A stretch of 64,000 bases of DNA from the human T2T-CHM13v2.0 reference genome, Homo sapiens, in assembly GCF_009914755.1 (NCBI RefSeq), contig NC_060941.1, one strand, 5' to 3'. Under the pieces are notes generated by a model. That model searched no databases, was not told the origin of the DNA, and was given only the letters and a program-made list of their open reading frames with translations. Made by a program: the position numbers and the translations under genes. Shown here piece after piece: positions 25,076-41,829 of the stretch; position 1 is the stretch's first letter, and every line of letters begins with the position of its first letter.

Positions 25076-26769
25076 AGTAATGGAGATTATTGCCTTCTCC
25101 TGGAGGTAGTTGTTTCCTATTAGTCAACTCCTTGACCCACTCGCTCCCCAGTGCCCTCCCCTACCACTCCCTGAAGCTTCCCCCCGCCGACCTCTTGTCT
25201 TACATCTCTGACCATGACCACCCCTTCCCCTTGGTTATACACACATACACGAATGTACACATACATTATTAATGTATCAGCCACACTGTTCAACAATATG
25301 ACTGCCAGACCTGCCACTTTGATATATATATAATTCAGACTTTTAATCCACTTTACAACTCCACCAAGATTATACTAAAGACCCCCCAAAATTTCAGATC
25401 TACTTTCTTGACTAATGATGCACACATGAAAAACTTACTGATGGGCCAGATTGCAAGGACTCCTCGTATATCCACTTGTGTTCTTCCTTCTTACTCTCAT
25501 AGTAAACATTTTCTAGGCTGTTTAGGTGAGCTTATGCCTCACTCTCTAAATACGTCCACTATTACTACCCCAGGTTTCTTGCAATGATGCCAAATAGGCA
25601 CGGGGCCAATGACTCTTATTGTGTTTTCTTATATTCTGTATTTGTCTATTTGGCATCCAGGCACCTGGAGGCTTCATCAAAGTTCACATTTTCTTTTGCT
25701 GATGTTTCAATTTATCCTACAAAACTATGTTCCATGTAGATCTGGCCCATCTTGAGGCTGCTGTTTCTGCATTCATCCTCCCATGGTCACATTTCTTGGC
25801 CAACAGAACCACAGAAACTGGTCTGCCATGAGTTAACGTTTAGTCCAAATCATTTTTCCACTTTGGCTCTGCTTCAAATGGGGCTGGGCTGGTGATACTG
25901 AAGACAATCAATGCACCTATGAATTCCAGACAATGGGCTCTTGTCATTTTCCCAATCTTTCCTCATCGCAATGTTCCACAGCTGCAGTTGTGCCAAGGCC
26001 TCTGAGTCCCAGTGGAGCTCCTTCAGTGCACAGTTCACACAATGGTGAACTGGCTTGGAGATGCCAAGAGGAGTTCTGGTGCACACAGTGTGTGATGATG
26101 ATGGCCTTGCCTGTGCCCAGGTCACCCATACCGGCAGCTGGTACAGGCTGACACACTGTGCTGGCCACAGTTCAGGGCTGGAGAGAGACTCCAGGAGTGC
26201 AAGTATGCTCTCGTTTTAGGTTCTTCATTTTGATTCATCTCTTCATTGGCTGGATTTCATTGTAACATAGTTTTCAAGAAGGTAGAAGAGAACTACGTTC
26301 CGTTCCCTATATCCTTTGATAAGAATGTCTGCCTATTTCCTTTATAGTCAAACATCATCTCGTTTGGCAAAATATGTGTTAGTAAAACTTTTCTCAGAAT
26401 ACTGAATGCATTGATCGACTTCCTCTGGCATTGGACACAGTGGTGGAGAAGGCTGAGGCCCTGATGGGTAATTTAGGCTCTATTCTCTGTTCCAAGATCC
26501 CACTGAAGGTCTTAGGCATGAATTCAGAACACCCAGCCAAGGGTGTATCCCACTCTGCTGAGCTTCATCTTGGTCCCTTAGCTCATCTTAGATGAGTGGG
26601 AAATGCCAGACCCTGGTGCTCCTTCCTCTTGTTGATGAAAACTCTCGTTGTCTAAAAGAGTTTCTACTTATACCTTGGCTGCTTTCCTTCAAATCTTAGT
26701 TAGAGAGGATTTTCCATATTTTGTCATCTCACGCTTCTTTATTCAGAACTGCTTGTAGAAAAATAAAGT

Positions 26770-27003
26770 AACCATTCTTGTGAGTTCTTTAAAGGTGCTA
26801 GCTGACCAGTTAGGAAATCCACAACCCTTCCAAGTAAATAGTGTGAAAGTAGCTCAAGAAGATCCAGAGAATTCCTGGAGTTTTGTTTTGAGAAAATGAG
26901 TTTTGCCTTCTTATTCATTCCCACTGTGGAAATTCTGAGTTTCATCAAGGATAATCTTTTGTAAGTTATAATTGTTTTCTAGGTATATGCTGGGAGATTT
27001 TCA
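26770..27003 (-). pseudogene. Fossil Schlafen helicase-domain exon downstream of SLFN12
   Basis: Translates in broken frames to IILDETQNF, PGILWIFLSYF and GFPNWSASTFKELTRMV, versus SLFN13 IVIDEAQNF, PGVLWIFLDYF and GLPPLSAQYPREELTRVV; ACAG acceptor at the homologous position. Confidence 0.85.
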
Positions 27004-27060
27004 CTGTTGTCATTAAGAATAAAAGTGTTGCAATTTTCCCAGTTCAAGCATGGAAGAAAA

Positions 27061-27066
27061 TTTATT
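27061..27066 (-). terminator. Candidate SLFN12 poly(A) signal AATAAA
   Basis: TTTATT on the + strand, ~250 nt after the stop codon. Confidence 0.6.
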
Positions 27067-27311
27067 CAGGAACTACAGACAGAGTAAATAATACTGTGCA
27101 CAGACGAGTTAACAAATTAATTTTCCTAATATCCCTCAAACAATATCTGTGAAGATTATTTAGGGAGAAGTGAAAATAGACAAAACCCAATTATCCAACA
27201 TCACATTAAGTTGCTTAACTTGCAAAGTTTTCAAAGAAATATTTTCACAGAATTAGAGAATGTTATCAAATATATAATGAAAAATATCTCAGTAGCCCAG
27301 TCCATTTTCCA

Positions 27312-28142
<831 letters not shown>

Positions 28143-29502
28143 CTAAGTAGATTTTCTATATCATGGCATGGGTAAATAGAACCCAAGGAGAAATCATCAG
28201 TCTTATTAGGCTGAGGAAAAGAAGTAAGAAGAGCTGGAATATGAGAAGTAAAATCTCAGAGAAAATGAAGCTGCAGAGAAGAAGCCAAAGTCTACATACA
28301 AATTTCCCTCAACTCATTGGCTAATACAGGTCAGATGCTGGAAACACAGAAGAAAATATCAACTGGGAGACTAAAGAGCTGAATGTAAGTTTCTTCAGCC
28401 TCATGGTGCTCAGGAAACACAGACTGGAATTCCAGTCCCAAAAGAGTGGAGGGATCTTGGTAAACACCAGCGACATTACAGCAATAGAAAAGCCATGACC
28501 TAGTAGTAACGGCAAAATTAAAAACTATTATACCTAGAAAAGGATAAAAAAACTTCAAAAGAATAAAAGCAATGGGTGGTACTCTAACTACCTGTCAGAA
28601 GTAAATATAGCCCTTTTTGGAGAAATGTAATATCTATCAAAGTCTCTACAATTTGTAATCCATGATACAATAAAAAATTACGAGACAGAATAAAAATCAG
28701 AATGAATTACTAGAAAACAGGAGAAAAATCAGATCAGAGAAAAAGACTGACAAGTGCTTCAGATATTGTAGTTATCAAAGAGGGACTTTAACTGTAATAT
28801 ATTTAAAAACAAAAAATAATAATAAAATAGATGAAAAGATGAAGATGTCCTTATTCTCTTACAGCCTTAGAAAAACTAAAATTGAGGGATAAAAATTGTG
28901 TGGGCATTCCTTAACTGAAAAATACAGTAGGTGGTAATAAGAACTTATTTGATAATATTTAACAGCAGACAGAGCATAGCAGAAAACAGGACTAGTCAAT
29001 AGGAAGACAGGATGGTAGCAAAAGTCCGAACTCAAACTCAATAAAAAAAAAAAAGGTAAAAACAGAAGATAAGAGATATATCCGAAACTGTCAAAAGGTC
29101 TAGCAAATTTATAAGTCCCACAAAGAGAAAGGAGAGAAAAATAAGATAAGCAATATTTGAAGAGATAAACAATTATAGTTTTTTCAAAGTTGATTAAAGA
29201 TATCACTCACAAATACAAGAGTATACCAATCCTTCTCAGACTCTTCCAAAAAAATTGAAGAGGAGGAAATACTTCCAAACTCATTTCATGAGGTCAACAT
29301 TACCCTGATCATGAAGTCAGTCAAGGACACTACAAAAAAAAAGAAAATTACAGGCCAATATCACTGTTGAAACTAGATGCAAAAATTCTCAACAAAATGC
29401 TAGCAAACCAAATTCAACAGCACATTAAAAGGATCATTCGGCCCAGTGTAGTGGCTCACGCCTGTAATCCCAGCACTTTGGGAGGCCAAGGCAGGTGGAT
29501 CA

Positions 29503-29721
<219 letters not shown>

Positions 29722-32700
29722 TCAAAAAAAAAAAAAAAGAAAAAAAAAGATCATTCATCATAATAAGTGGGATTTATCCTTGGGATGCAAGCATAGTATA
29801 ACATGTGAAAATCAATAATTGTGATATACCACATTAATAAAATGAAGGGCAAAACTATATGCTCATATTAATGGATACAGAAAAAGCATTTTACAAAATT
29901 CAACATTCTGTAATTTAAAAAAACCTCTTAACCAACTAGGTATAGAAGGAATGTACCTCACCACAGCAAAGACCATATATAAAAAACCTAGAGCTAACTC
30001 CATGCTCAATGGTGAAACATTGAAAGCTTTTCATCTAAGATCAGGAACAAAACAAGGATGCCCATTTCACCACTTCTATCCAATATGGAAGTCCTAGCCA
30101 GAGCAATTAGGGAAGAAAAAAGAAATAAAAAGAATCCAAACTGGAAAATAAGAAATTAAATTGTCACGGTTTGCCCACAATGTGAACTTATATATAGAAA
30201 ACCTTAAAGATGCCACCAAAAAATGATCAGAACAAATAAAAGAATTCAGTAAATTTTCAGAATACAAAAATCAGTAGCATTTCCATACACTAACAACAAA
30301 TTATCCTATAAAGAAATCAAGAAAACACTCCCATTTACAATAGCTACAAAAAATACTTGATAATAAATGTTATCAAGGAGATGAAAGATTTCTATACTGA
30401 TATCTATAAAATGCTGATGAAGGAAATTGGAAAAGACACAAATAAATGGAAAGATAGCTTGTGTTCATGGATTGAAAAAATCATATTTTTAAAATGTCCA
30501 CACTACCCAAAGTGATCTACAGATTCAACGAAAACCCTATCAAAATTCCCATGTCATTTTTCACAGAAAAATGACTGTATACCTAGAAAACCCTAAAGAC
30601 TCATCCAAAAAGCTTCTAGATTTGATAAATGAATTCCATTAAGTTTCAGGATACAAAACCAATGTACACAAATTAGTACTGCTATACAGCAAGAGTGACC
30701 AAGCTGAGAATCAAATCAAAACCTCAATCCCTCCGACAACAGCTGCAAAATAAAATAAAATACTTAGCAATATACCTAGACAAGGAGGTGAAAGATCTCT
30801 ACAAGGAAAACCACAAAACACTGCTGAAAGAAATCATAGATGAAACAAACAAATGGAAACACATCCCATGTTCATGGATAGGTAGAATCAATATTGTGAA
30901 AATGACCATACTGACAAAAGCAATCTACATCAATGCAATTCCCATCAAAATACCATCATCATTCTTCGCAGAACTAGAAAAAATAACCCTAAAATTTATA
31001 TGGCACCAAAAAAGAGTCCACATAGCAAAAGCAAGACTAAGCAAAAAGAACAAATCTGGAGGCATCACATTACCTGACTTCAAATTATGCTACAAAGCTA
31101 TAGTTACCAAAACAGCATGGTTCTGATATAAAAATAGGCATGTAGACCAGTGGAATAGAATAGAGAACACTGAAAGAAAGTCTAATGCTTACAGTTCAAT
31201 TGGATCTTCAACAAAACAAGCAAAAACAAAGTGGGGAAAGGACACCCCATGCAACAAATGGTGCTGGGATAATCGGCAAGCCACATGTAGAAGAATAAAA
31301 CCAGATCCTCATCTCTCACCTTATACAAAAACCAACCCAACAGGAATCAAAGACTTAAATCTAAGACCTGAAACCATAAAAATTCTACAAGATAACATCA
31401 GAAAAACAATTCTAGACGTTGGCTTAGGCAAAGAGTTCATAACCAAGAACCCAAAAGCAAATGTAACAAAAACAAAAATAAATAGATGAGAAGTAACTAA
31501 ACTAAAAGGCTTCTGCACAGCAAAAGAAATAGCAGAGTAAAAAGACAATCCACAGAGTGGGAGAAAATATTTGCAACCTATGCATCTGACAAATGACTGA
31601 TATCCAGAATCTATGAGGAACTCAAACAAATCAGCAAGAAAAAAACAAAGAATCCCATCAAAAAGTGGGCAAAGGATATAAATAGACAATTCTCAAAAGA
31701 AGATATACAAATGGCCAATGAACATGAAAATATGCTCAACATCACTAATGATCATGGAAATGAAAATTAAGTCCACAATGAGACCATCTTACACCTGCAA
31801 GAATGGCCATAATTAAAAGTCAAAAAATAATAGATGTTGGCAAGTATGCACTGAAAAGGGAATTCTTTTATACTGCTGGTGTGAATGTAAACTATTACAA
31901 CCACTGTGGAAAAATGTGTGGAGATTCATTAGGGAATTAAAAGTAGAACTACCATTTGCTCCAGCAATCCCACTACTGGGTATCTACTGAGAGGAAAATA
32001 AGTCATTACATGAGAAAGATGTTTGCACACACATTTATAGCAGTACAATTTGCAATTCCAAAAATATGGAACCAGCCTAAATGCCCATCAGCCATCAAGT
32101 GGATAAAGAAAATGTGGTATATATACACCATGGAATGCTATCAGTCATAAAAAGGAATGAAATAATGGCATTCACAGCAACCTGAATGGGGTGGGAACCA
32201 TTATTCTAACTGAAGTAACTCAGGAATGGAAAACCAAATATTGTATGTTCTCACTCATAAGTGGGAGCTAGGCCATGAGGACACAAAGACTAAGAATGAT
32301 ACAAAGGACTTTGGGGACTCAAGGGGAAGGGTGGAAGGGGAATGAGGGATAGAAGACTACACACTGGGTACAGTGTACATTGCTCAGGTGATAGCTGCAC
32401 CAAAATCTCAGAAGTCACCACTAAAGAACTTATTCATGTAACCATAAACCACTTGTTCCCCAAAAACTAGTGAAATAAAAATTTTAAAAATTAACATATA
32501 AGATACCTAGAAAAAGCATACATTTTAAAAGTACTTACTACACAAAGTAAATAAATTTTTGAAACCAATCTGCTTTGTTCTCACAAGAAAATAAAAATAG
32601 CCTGAAATAAGGATCTGAAATATAAGTCAGACTAATACTGAGATGCCAGCTATTGAATTTAGGATTCCTTAAAAATATCTTACCAAAATTAACACCGAAG

Positions 32701-33421
32701 GAAACAGAAAGAGTAGGCAACCCTTTTATTAAAAAACCAGAAATATGTCAGGCACAGTGGCTCAAGCCTGTAATCCTAGAGCCCTGATAGGCTGAGGCAG
32801 TTGGATCACTTGAGCCCAAGAGCTTGAAGCTGCAGTGAGCCATGATCACACCGCTACACTTCAGCCTGGGTGACAGAGCCAGTTCCTGATTGAAAAAAGA
32901 ACTAACAGTCTTCCCACAAAAGGAAGACAAACCATTTTACAGGCAAATTCCACCACAATTTCAAGCATATCATTCTAATCTTATATAAATTTTTTCAAAG
33001 GATAGGAAAAGAGGAAATAATCCCCAACTCATTCTGAGTTCAGCACAATTTTAATACAAATACTAGACAAAGAAAGAGAGAAAACTATTCTTAGACCTTG
33101 TCACTCATGGATTTAGATACAGAAATTCTAAATTAAGTATTAGCAGCTGAATAAAAATGCATAAAAAAGATAATACTGCAAGACCGAACTGAGTTTGTTC
33201 CAGGAATGCAAAAAAGGCTTAATAGAAAATATTAAACATCATTTGCCAATCAACATATTAAAAACATTTAATCATGTCAACAGGAGTAGAAAATGTGTTT
33301 GATAAAATTCAGTATTCATCCATGATAAAAAAAGAAAAAACATTTAGTAAACTAGAAATATCATTAAACTTCCTTAGCCTGATAATGGTATATTCAAAGT
33401 ACCTAAGGCAAACCTCAATTT

Positions 33422-33506
33422 CTTTTTTTTATTATTATACTTTAAGTTCTGGGGTACATGTGCACAATGCACAGGTTTGTTACATAGGTATACATGTGCC
33501 ATGTTG
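33422..33506 (-). mobile_element. Severely 5'-truncated L1PA 3' tip (85 bp)
   Basis: TTATTATACTTTAAGTTCTGGGGTACATGTGCAC flanked by the 15-bp TSD GGCAAACCTCAATTT. Confidence 0.9.
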
Positions 33507-34257
33507 GGCAAACCTCAATTTAAATGGGAAAGCCATAGACACACTCTCTTTAAAATCTGAACTAAGACTATTTGCATTAAGAATTGTCTAAAAGTTTTCT
33601 TCAGTTCATTAGGACAAGAAAAAAAGACATTAAAGGCAGAAAGATTGGAAAGGAAAAGACAAAACATTTTATGATCTGCATATTTGTTTATACAAAATGT
33701 AAATAATCTATGGACAGATTATTTAAAATAATAAGGAAACCTAACAATGTGGCCTTATATAAACTCAGTATGTAAAAATCAACTGCATTTCTACACATTA
33801 GCAATAAACAAGAAAATGGAACTTTTAAAAAAAATATCTTTACAACAACAAAAATAAAAGGAACCTAGACATAAGTGTAATAAAAGATGTACAAAATGTG
33901 TACACAGAAATTTATGAAACTATAAAGGCATTAAAGAAGATATAAATAAGTAAAAAGATTTCCTATACTCAAGGATACAACTTACTGATATAAATATGCC
34001 ATGTCTTCCCAAATCTATCTAGAGATGCACTGTAACTGCAAATCAAAATCCCAAAAGTTTTTTTGGCATTTAAGCAGATTCTAAAGTGTGTATAGAAGAT
34101 TAAATGATTAAAAATTGCCTAGACACTCTCAAAGAAAAACTAAAGGGCTTACCCTACCAGATATCGATACTTAGTATAACATTACAGTGGCAGGGACAGA
34201 CAATTTGATCAAGGAAACATAATAGAGATTCTAGAAAGAGGATTATCTATAGATATA

Positions 34258-34683
34258 CAGTTGACCCTTGAACAACATGGGTTTGAATTGCATGGGTCCA
34301 CTTACGCCAAGATCTTCTTCCACCTCTGCCACCCCAAGATAGCAAGACCAACCCTTCTCTTCCTCAGCCTACACAACGTGAAGGCAATGAGTACGAAGAC
34401 CTCTAAATGATCCATTTACACCTAATTTATAGAAAATATATTTCCTCTTCCTTATGACTTTCTCAATAACATTTTCTTTTCTCTAGCTTACTTTATTGTA
34501 AGAATATAGTATATGATACTTATTGTAAGAATATAGTATATGATACACACAAAATATGTGTTAATTGACTACGTTATTGGTAAGGCTTTGGGTCAAAAGT
34601 AAGCTATTAGTAGTTAACTTTTTGGAAAGTCAAAAGTTATACACCGATTTTCGACTGCACCTTTTGTTCAAAGGTGAATTGTA
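34258..34683. mobile_element. Tigger2-derived DNA transposon remnant with an internal 27-bp tandem duplication
   Basis: CAGTTGACCCTTGAACAA...TTGTTCAAAGGTGAATTG terminal inverted repeats. Confidence 0.7.
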
Positions 34684-36247
34684 CTTAGTAATATGATGAA
34701 GGTGGCATGGCAGATCATGGTGAAAGTGAGACTTTTCAGTATTGCGGCTGGGAAAGTTGTTATCCACATGGAATAAAATGAAATAGCATGCTACATTACT
34801 GTCTATTGAGATGGATTGTGTATTTATTTATTTGTTTGTTTGTTTGTTTGTTACTTACTGAGACAAGGTCTCACGCTGTTGCCTGGGCTGGAGTACAGTG
34901 GTGTGATCTCAGCCCACTGCAAGCTCCGCCTCCTGGATTCAAATGATTCTTGTGCCTCAGTCTCCTGAGTAGCTGGGTCTGCAGGTGTGCACCACCACAC
35001 CTGGCTAATTTTTGTATTTTAGTAGAGACACGGCTTCACCATGTTGGCCAGGCTGTTCTCTTGGCCTCAAGTGATCCGCCCACCTCTGGATTGTGTATTT
35101 ACATGTTAAATGTTGAGTGCAAAACTTTAAAATTTTTAGGAGAAAATTAAAAGAAATATCTTTATAATCCTAGTGTATAGAAGGATCTCTTATGCAAGGC
35201 ACAAAGAGCACTAAACCGCAACATTTTAAATGATAGTTTTGCCTACATTAAAATTTAAAACTACTACTTATGAGAGTATACCTTAAGAAAAGAGAAAATG
35301 CAAGCCACCAGCTTGGAGAAAACATTTGGTAGTCGTTAATACCTATGACTAAAAGAGGATTTTATTCTAGAATCTCTAAATTACTCCTATAAATCAATAA
35401 GAAAAAGACAAAGCTTATTAGAAAAATGGTCAAAGACAAAATAGACACTGCACAGAAGATGAAATATATATGGCCAGTAAGTATATGGAGAGATGCTCAA
35501 CCCAATCAATAACCAGGGAAATGCACATCACAAAGACATACCATTTTATACACATTTGATTGAGAAGAAGGAGGTCAAGAGAAGGACAACCATAAATAAG
35601 AAAAATTTGACAACTGGAGAAGATGTGGCATTTCTAATATATTGCTGATGGGAGTAACATGACCTATCTACTTTCAAAACAATTTGGCATTATCTTATTA
35701 CTTGAATATTCACACACCTCCTGAGCCAACAATTCTACTCCTACTTAGGCACCCAGGAGAAAATCTTGCACATATGCACTAGAAGACCGACTAAGAATGT
35801 TCAAGGTAACACTGTTCATGTCACAGAAAGCAGGAAATAACTCAATTGCCCATCATCAACAACAACAACAAAAACAGATAGATCAATCAGAGATCCTGAG
35901 TACTGATGGCGTTTCTTCAGTAACTGAACATAGCTATGCCTGAAGGTGGGCCTCAATCTAGACTGCTCAGTGACATGATATATATGCTTTCTTTTTTTGT
36001 TTGTTTAAACTAAACTGACTTGGGTTGCTCTTACTTTCAAGTAAACGAGTTTGTATTGCACCAAGAAAATTCTAACCCAAATATAAAGAAATAGGATTTG
36101 ACAGATTCAATGACTTAAAACACCAAAGAATTCTCATAAACACAAGAATGTGCTTTCAGAGCAAATTTCAAGACTGAGCTGGTTTGAAGAGAAAGAGGTT
36201 TGACTACAGTCACACTAACAAATCCGAAGAAGCCAGAATGAAATTAC

Positions 36248-36355
36248 CTGGACAGTGATGTCTCTGCCGTTGCCATTCCAAAAGAGGCCAACTGTGGGGA
36301 GCAGGTAATGACGTATTTATTTGAGAGATCACCTCTTCATATGAACTGGAAAATT
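36248..36355 (-). CDS. SLFN12: SLFN12 middle coding exon (108 nt)
   Basis: AG/GT flanked; (K)FSSSYEEVISQINTSLPAPHSWPLLEWQRQRHHCP(G); phases match the neighbouring exons. Confidence 0.95.
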
Positions 36356-36847
36356 CTTAAAAACAAAAATATCACATTCTTAATTTCGCAGAAGGGAGAC
36401 CCCAACTAACTAATGCATAGTATTATATATTAAAAGTCTACTTGTAACTGATTCTGTTTTCCAAAAAAAAATTAATGTTAGATATTGTGGTTAGATTCTT
36501 AGGTCAGATACAAATTGCAAAATTAACTTTTGATGCCACTGACACACTATATTTCAAATGAAAATTAACAGTAAAAATGCATTAATAGTAATTTAATACA
36601 TTACCATATAATTGGGTTTATTTTTAAAGCAGTTAAAATGAGACGTGATGGCTAGTGAAGGAAAGCTGACTTTTGTGCAGATTCTGAGGAAGAAGCTTAC
36701 ATTTTCAGACATTTTATAAGCTGCTAGTACTGGTCCAATTGCTAGTACTGGTCCAATTTCATTTGAGGCTTTCTTTTCCCAAACGCAGAGAAAATACCAG
36801 CATTATTCCTTCCTTACTAGTACAAATTAGGGCTACTACTTGGCTCA

Positions 36848-37305
<458 letters not shown>

Positions 37306-37507
37306 TTACTGAAATAGAGCTCAGAAACAAAAAGGAAAAGGATTAAACGGGGTTTCCTTCAAAACTAGTATAGACGTGGTAGGGAAGAAACTTCCAGGTT
37401 TAATTGGGTTTTTGCACCAGGTAGGGCTACTAAAAGTAGATGATGTGCTTATTTTATGAAATATCTATCTTCTTCTAAGGGTATAGAAGAAAACAAGAGG
37501 CAGGGAA

Positions 37508-37813
37508 CTTTTTTTTTTTTTTTTTTTTTTTGAGATGGAGTCTCGCTCTGTTGCCCAGGCTGGAGTGCAGTGGCGCAATCTCCGCCCACTGCAACCTCCG
37601 CCACCTGGCTTCAACCGATTCTCCTGCCTCAGCCTCCTGAGTAGCTGGGACTACAGGCACGTGCCATCACACCCAGCTAATTTTTTGTATTTTTAGTAGA
37701 GACGGGGTTTCACCATCTTAGCCAGGGATGGTCTCTATCTCCTGACCTCGTGATCCGCCCGCCTTGGCCTCCCAAAGTGCTGGGAATACAGGCGTGAGCC
37801 ACCGCGCCTGGCC
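37508..37813 (-). mobile_element. Alu (Y-like)
   Basis: Poly-T, antisense consensus, TSD GAGGCAGGGAACT. Confidence 0.9.
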
Positions 37814-37961
37814 GAGGCAGGGAACTATTGATTGTATCCACCAGGGATTAATAGTTTAGGTGCTGAAATTTGAGGACTATTGATCTTGCCCCAAATCCCA
37901 TAGAGAAAACCTCCCTGCCACCCAAGCCAAATGCATTCCTGTTGCGAATCCCCCGCTCTCA

Positions 37962-39062
<1,101 letters not shown>

Positions 39063-39674
39063 TTAGAATAGGACCTGAACTAGAAAGATAGCAAATTCTG
39101 TATTATGAGGCAAATGCAAAAAAATCCTGTGCTGTATATATTCTACTAGACTGGTAAGTATATGGATATGAAGAGACTGGCAAATTTTGAGCTAAGACCG
39201 CAATAATTTATACTCCTACTGAATTTTCAAATTTGTTACTATAGTTCTATATAATGTATTCTAATTATGTAATCTCTTTATCCGCCTTTTTTCTCCTTTC
39301 TAGTCCCTAATATTGTACAACCTGTTTTCTCTCTCCTTTTCTTAAACAACCCCTGGAGTGAGTCTATGTTTTTATCTTCTCAGTGAACCAGGCTTTAGTT
39401 ATACATATTATTTCTACTTTTCTTTTTATTTTAATAATTTCAGCTTTTACCTTAATTATCTCCATTTATGGGTATAAATCTTTTGGAAGATTTCCCGTTA
39501 AGGTCTAATGACATCCAACATGTCATGTTAATTATTTTTCCTTCTTATAAGAATGAAATAGATTTATAAATTTTGGCCATTGATCTTAAGCAAAGTGGGC
39601 TAAGTCATTGTGCCCTTTTTAAATCTAATATCCACATATTTTCAATAAGGAAAATTCTTATATACAAAACACCT

Positions 39675-40026
39675 GTGCTATGGTTTGAATGTTTGTGTTC
39701 CCCCAAAATTCATATGTTGAAATTATAACTCCTGAGGTGATGAGGTTTTTGGGAAGTGATCAGGTTATGAGGGTGAAGCCCTCATGAATGAGATTAGTAC
39801 TCTCCTAAAAGGGACCCCGGAACACTAGCTCATCCCTTCCACTATGTGAGAACACAGCAATAAGTAGGCAGTCTGCGACAGGAAAAGGGCCCTCACCAGA
39901 ATCCAACAGTGCTGGCACCTTAATCTTAAACTTCCCAGCCTCCAGAACTGTGAGTCATAAATTTCTGTTATTTGTAAGCCACCCAGCTTGCGGTATTTTG
40001 TTATGGCGGCCTAAACAAACTAAGAC
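39675..40026 (+). mobile_element. MaLR LTR (MST/MLT1A-type)
   Basis: TGCTATGGTTTGAATGTTTGTG...AAACTAAGACA. Confidence 0.75.
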
Positions 40027-40109
40027 ATTGTGCTTTAGTCTATGTATCCCTAATCCATTAGCTCTGTTCCCTTAAAATCTATTAGGATCACTGCTTTGCT
40101 CTAAATGGA

Positions 40110-40503
40110 AACTTTTAAGTTAAGAAGTGTAACTTAAGTTTAACTTTTTTTTAAGTGTAACTTAAGTGTAACTTTTTAAGTTAAGAAGTGTGACTTAAGT
40201 TTAACTATTTTTAAATGTAACAAGTGTAACTTTTAAGTTAAGAAGTGTGACTTAAGTTTAACTTTTTTTTAAAGTGTAATTTAAGTGTAACTTTTAAGTT
40301 AAGAAGTGTGACAAGTTTAACTTTTTAAAAAAAGTGTAATTTATGTGTAACTTTTAAGTTAAGAAGTATGACTTAAGTTTAACTTTTTTAAAAGTGGAAT
40401 TTAAGTGTAACTTTTAAGTTAAGAAGTGTGACTTAAGTTTAACTTTTAAGTGTAACTTAAGTGTAACTTTTAAGTTAAGTTAATAAGTGTAACTTAAGAA
40501 GTG
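40110..40503. repeat. AT-rich minisatellite, ~58-60 bp unit, ~6 copies
   Basis: Repeated AACTTTTAAGTTAAGAAGTGTGACTTAAGTTTAACTTT...AAGTGT. Confidence 0.9.
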
Positions 40504-40799
40504 TAGGTTTTCCGAGTGGCATAGAGACAATTGAGAATAAAGTCCATCATAGGTAGTAATTGCTATACTAGAAAAGGAATGTAAAGGGGGTCAGAATATT
40601 CCTGTCCACAGCTGGACCAATATCATGCAGATACTCAGCTAAGGTTGTGGATACCACCTGTGTCCATATAAATTCCTGATCACATGTAAACAATGTTAAC
40701 ATTAGAGCCCCAAACCATTTGGACAGTTGGGGTTGAATCCTTTAGTTCTTTGTCCATGTTTTCTCTTAGCTCTTTGAAGATACTTAAGACAGTGCCTGT

Positions 40800-41791
40800 T
40801 TTTTATTTTATTAATTTATAAATAAAATCCTATATATTGATCATGTACAATGTGTTTTTTTGAAACTTGTATATATTGTGGAATGGCTATGTTGAGCCAA
40901 CTACCATATACATTACTTCACATACTTATCATTTTTTGTGGTGAACATTGCTACTATTTTAGCAACTTTCAAGAATACAGGCCCAGCACAGTGGCTCATG
41001 CCTATAATCCAAGCAGTTTGGGAGACTGAAGTGGGAGGATCACTTGAAGCCAAGAGTTCAAGACCAGCCTAGACAACAAAACAAGACCACATCTCTACAG
41101 AAAAGTAAAATAAAATAAGAATTGGCTTGGCACAGTGGTTTGTGCCTATGGTCTCAGCTACTTAAAAGGCTGAGGTGGGAGGATCACTTGAATCCAGGAG
41201 TCCAAGGCTGCAGTAAGCGATGATCATGGCACTGCACTCTAGCTTGGGCAACAGAGAAAGACCCTGTCTCCAAATAAATAAATACATAATAAAGAATACA
41301 ACATATTGTTAACTATAGTAATCATATTGTACAATAGAGCTCTTGAACTTATTCCTCCTATCTAACTGACATTTTGTAACCTTTAACCAACATTTCCCCA
41401 AACCCCATCTTCCCCCAGTAACCACTATTCTACTCTATACTTCTATGAGTTTAACTTTGATAGATTCTACAAATAAGTGAAATCATGCAGTATTTGTCTG
41501 TCTCTACTTGGCTTATTTCACTTAACATAAAGTCCTCCAGATTCATCCATGTTATCAAAAATGACAGGATTTCCTTCTTTTTCTTAAGGCTAATTAGTAT
41601 TTTATTATCTATATGTACCACTTTTTCTTTATCCATTCATCTGTTGGTGAACACTTAGGTTGCTTCCATATCTTGCCTATTGTGAATAATGCTGCAATAG
41701 ACATGAGAGTACAGATATCTCTTTGATAGACTGATTTCATTCCCTCTGGATATTTATCCAGGAGTGAGGTTGCTGAATCATATGGTGGTTC

Positions 41792-41829
<38 letters not shown>

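Noticed and set aside
26739-26948. 69-aa ORF as a functional small protein
   Set aside because: Off-frame reading of the fossil helicase exon (shares KLRIS with the off-frame ORF 57093..57308 in SLFN13)
36723-36758. 18-bp perfect tandem duplication (similarly 27 bp at ~34493)
   Set aside because: Ordinary slippage duplications with no functional cue
40110-40503. CRISPR-like appearance of palindromic repeats (also 44251-44482)
   Set aside because: No unique spacers, no cas genes, primate DNA; these are tandem repeats
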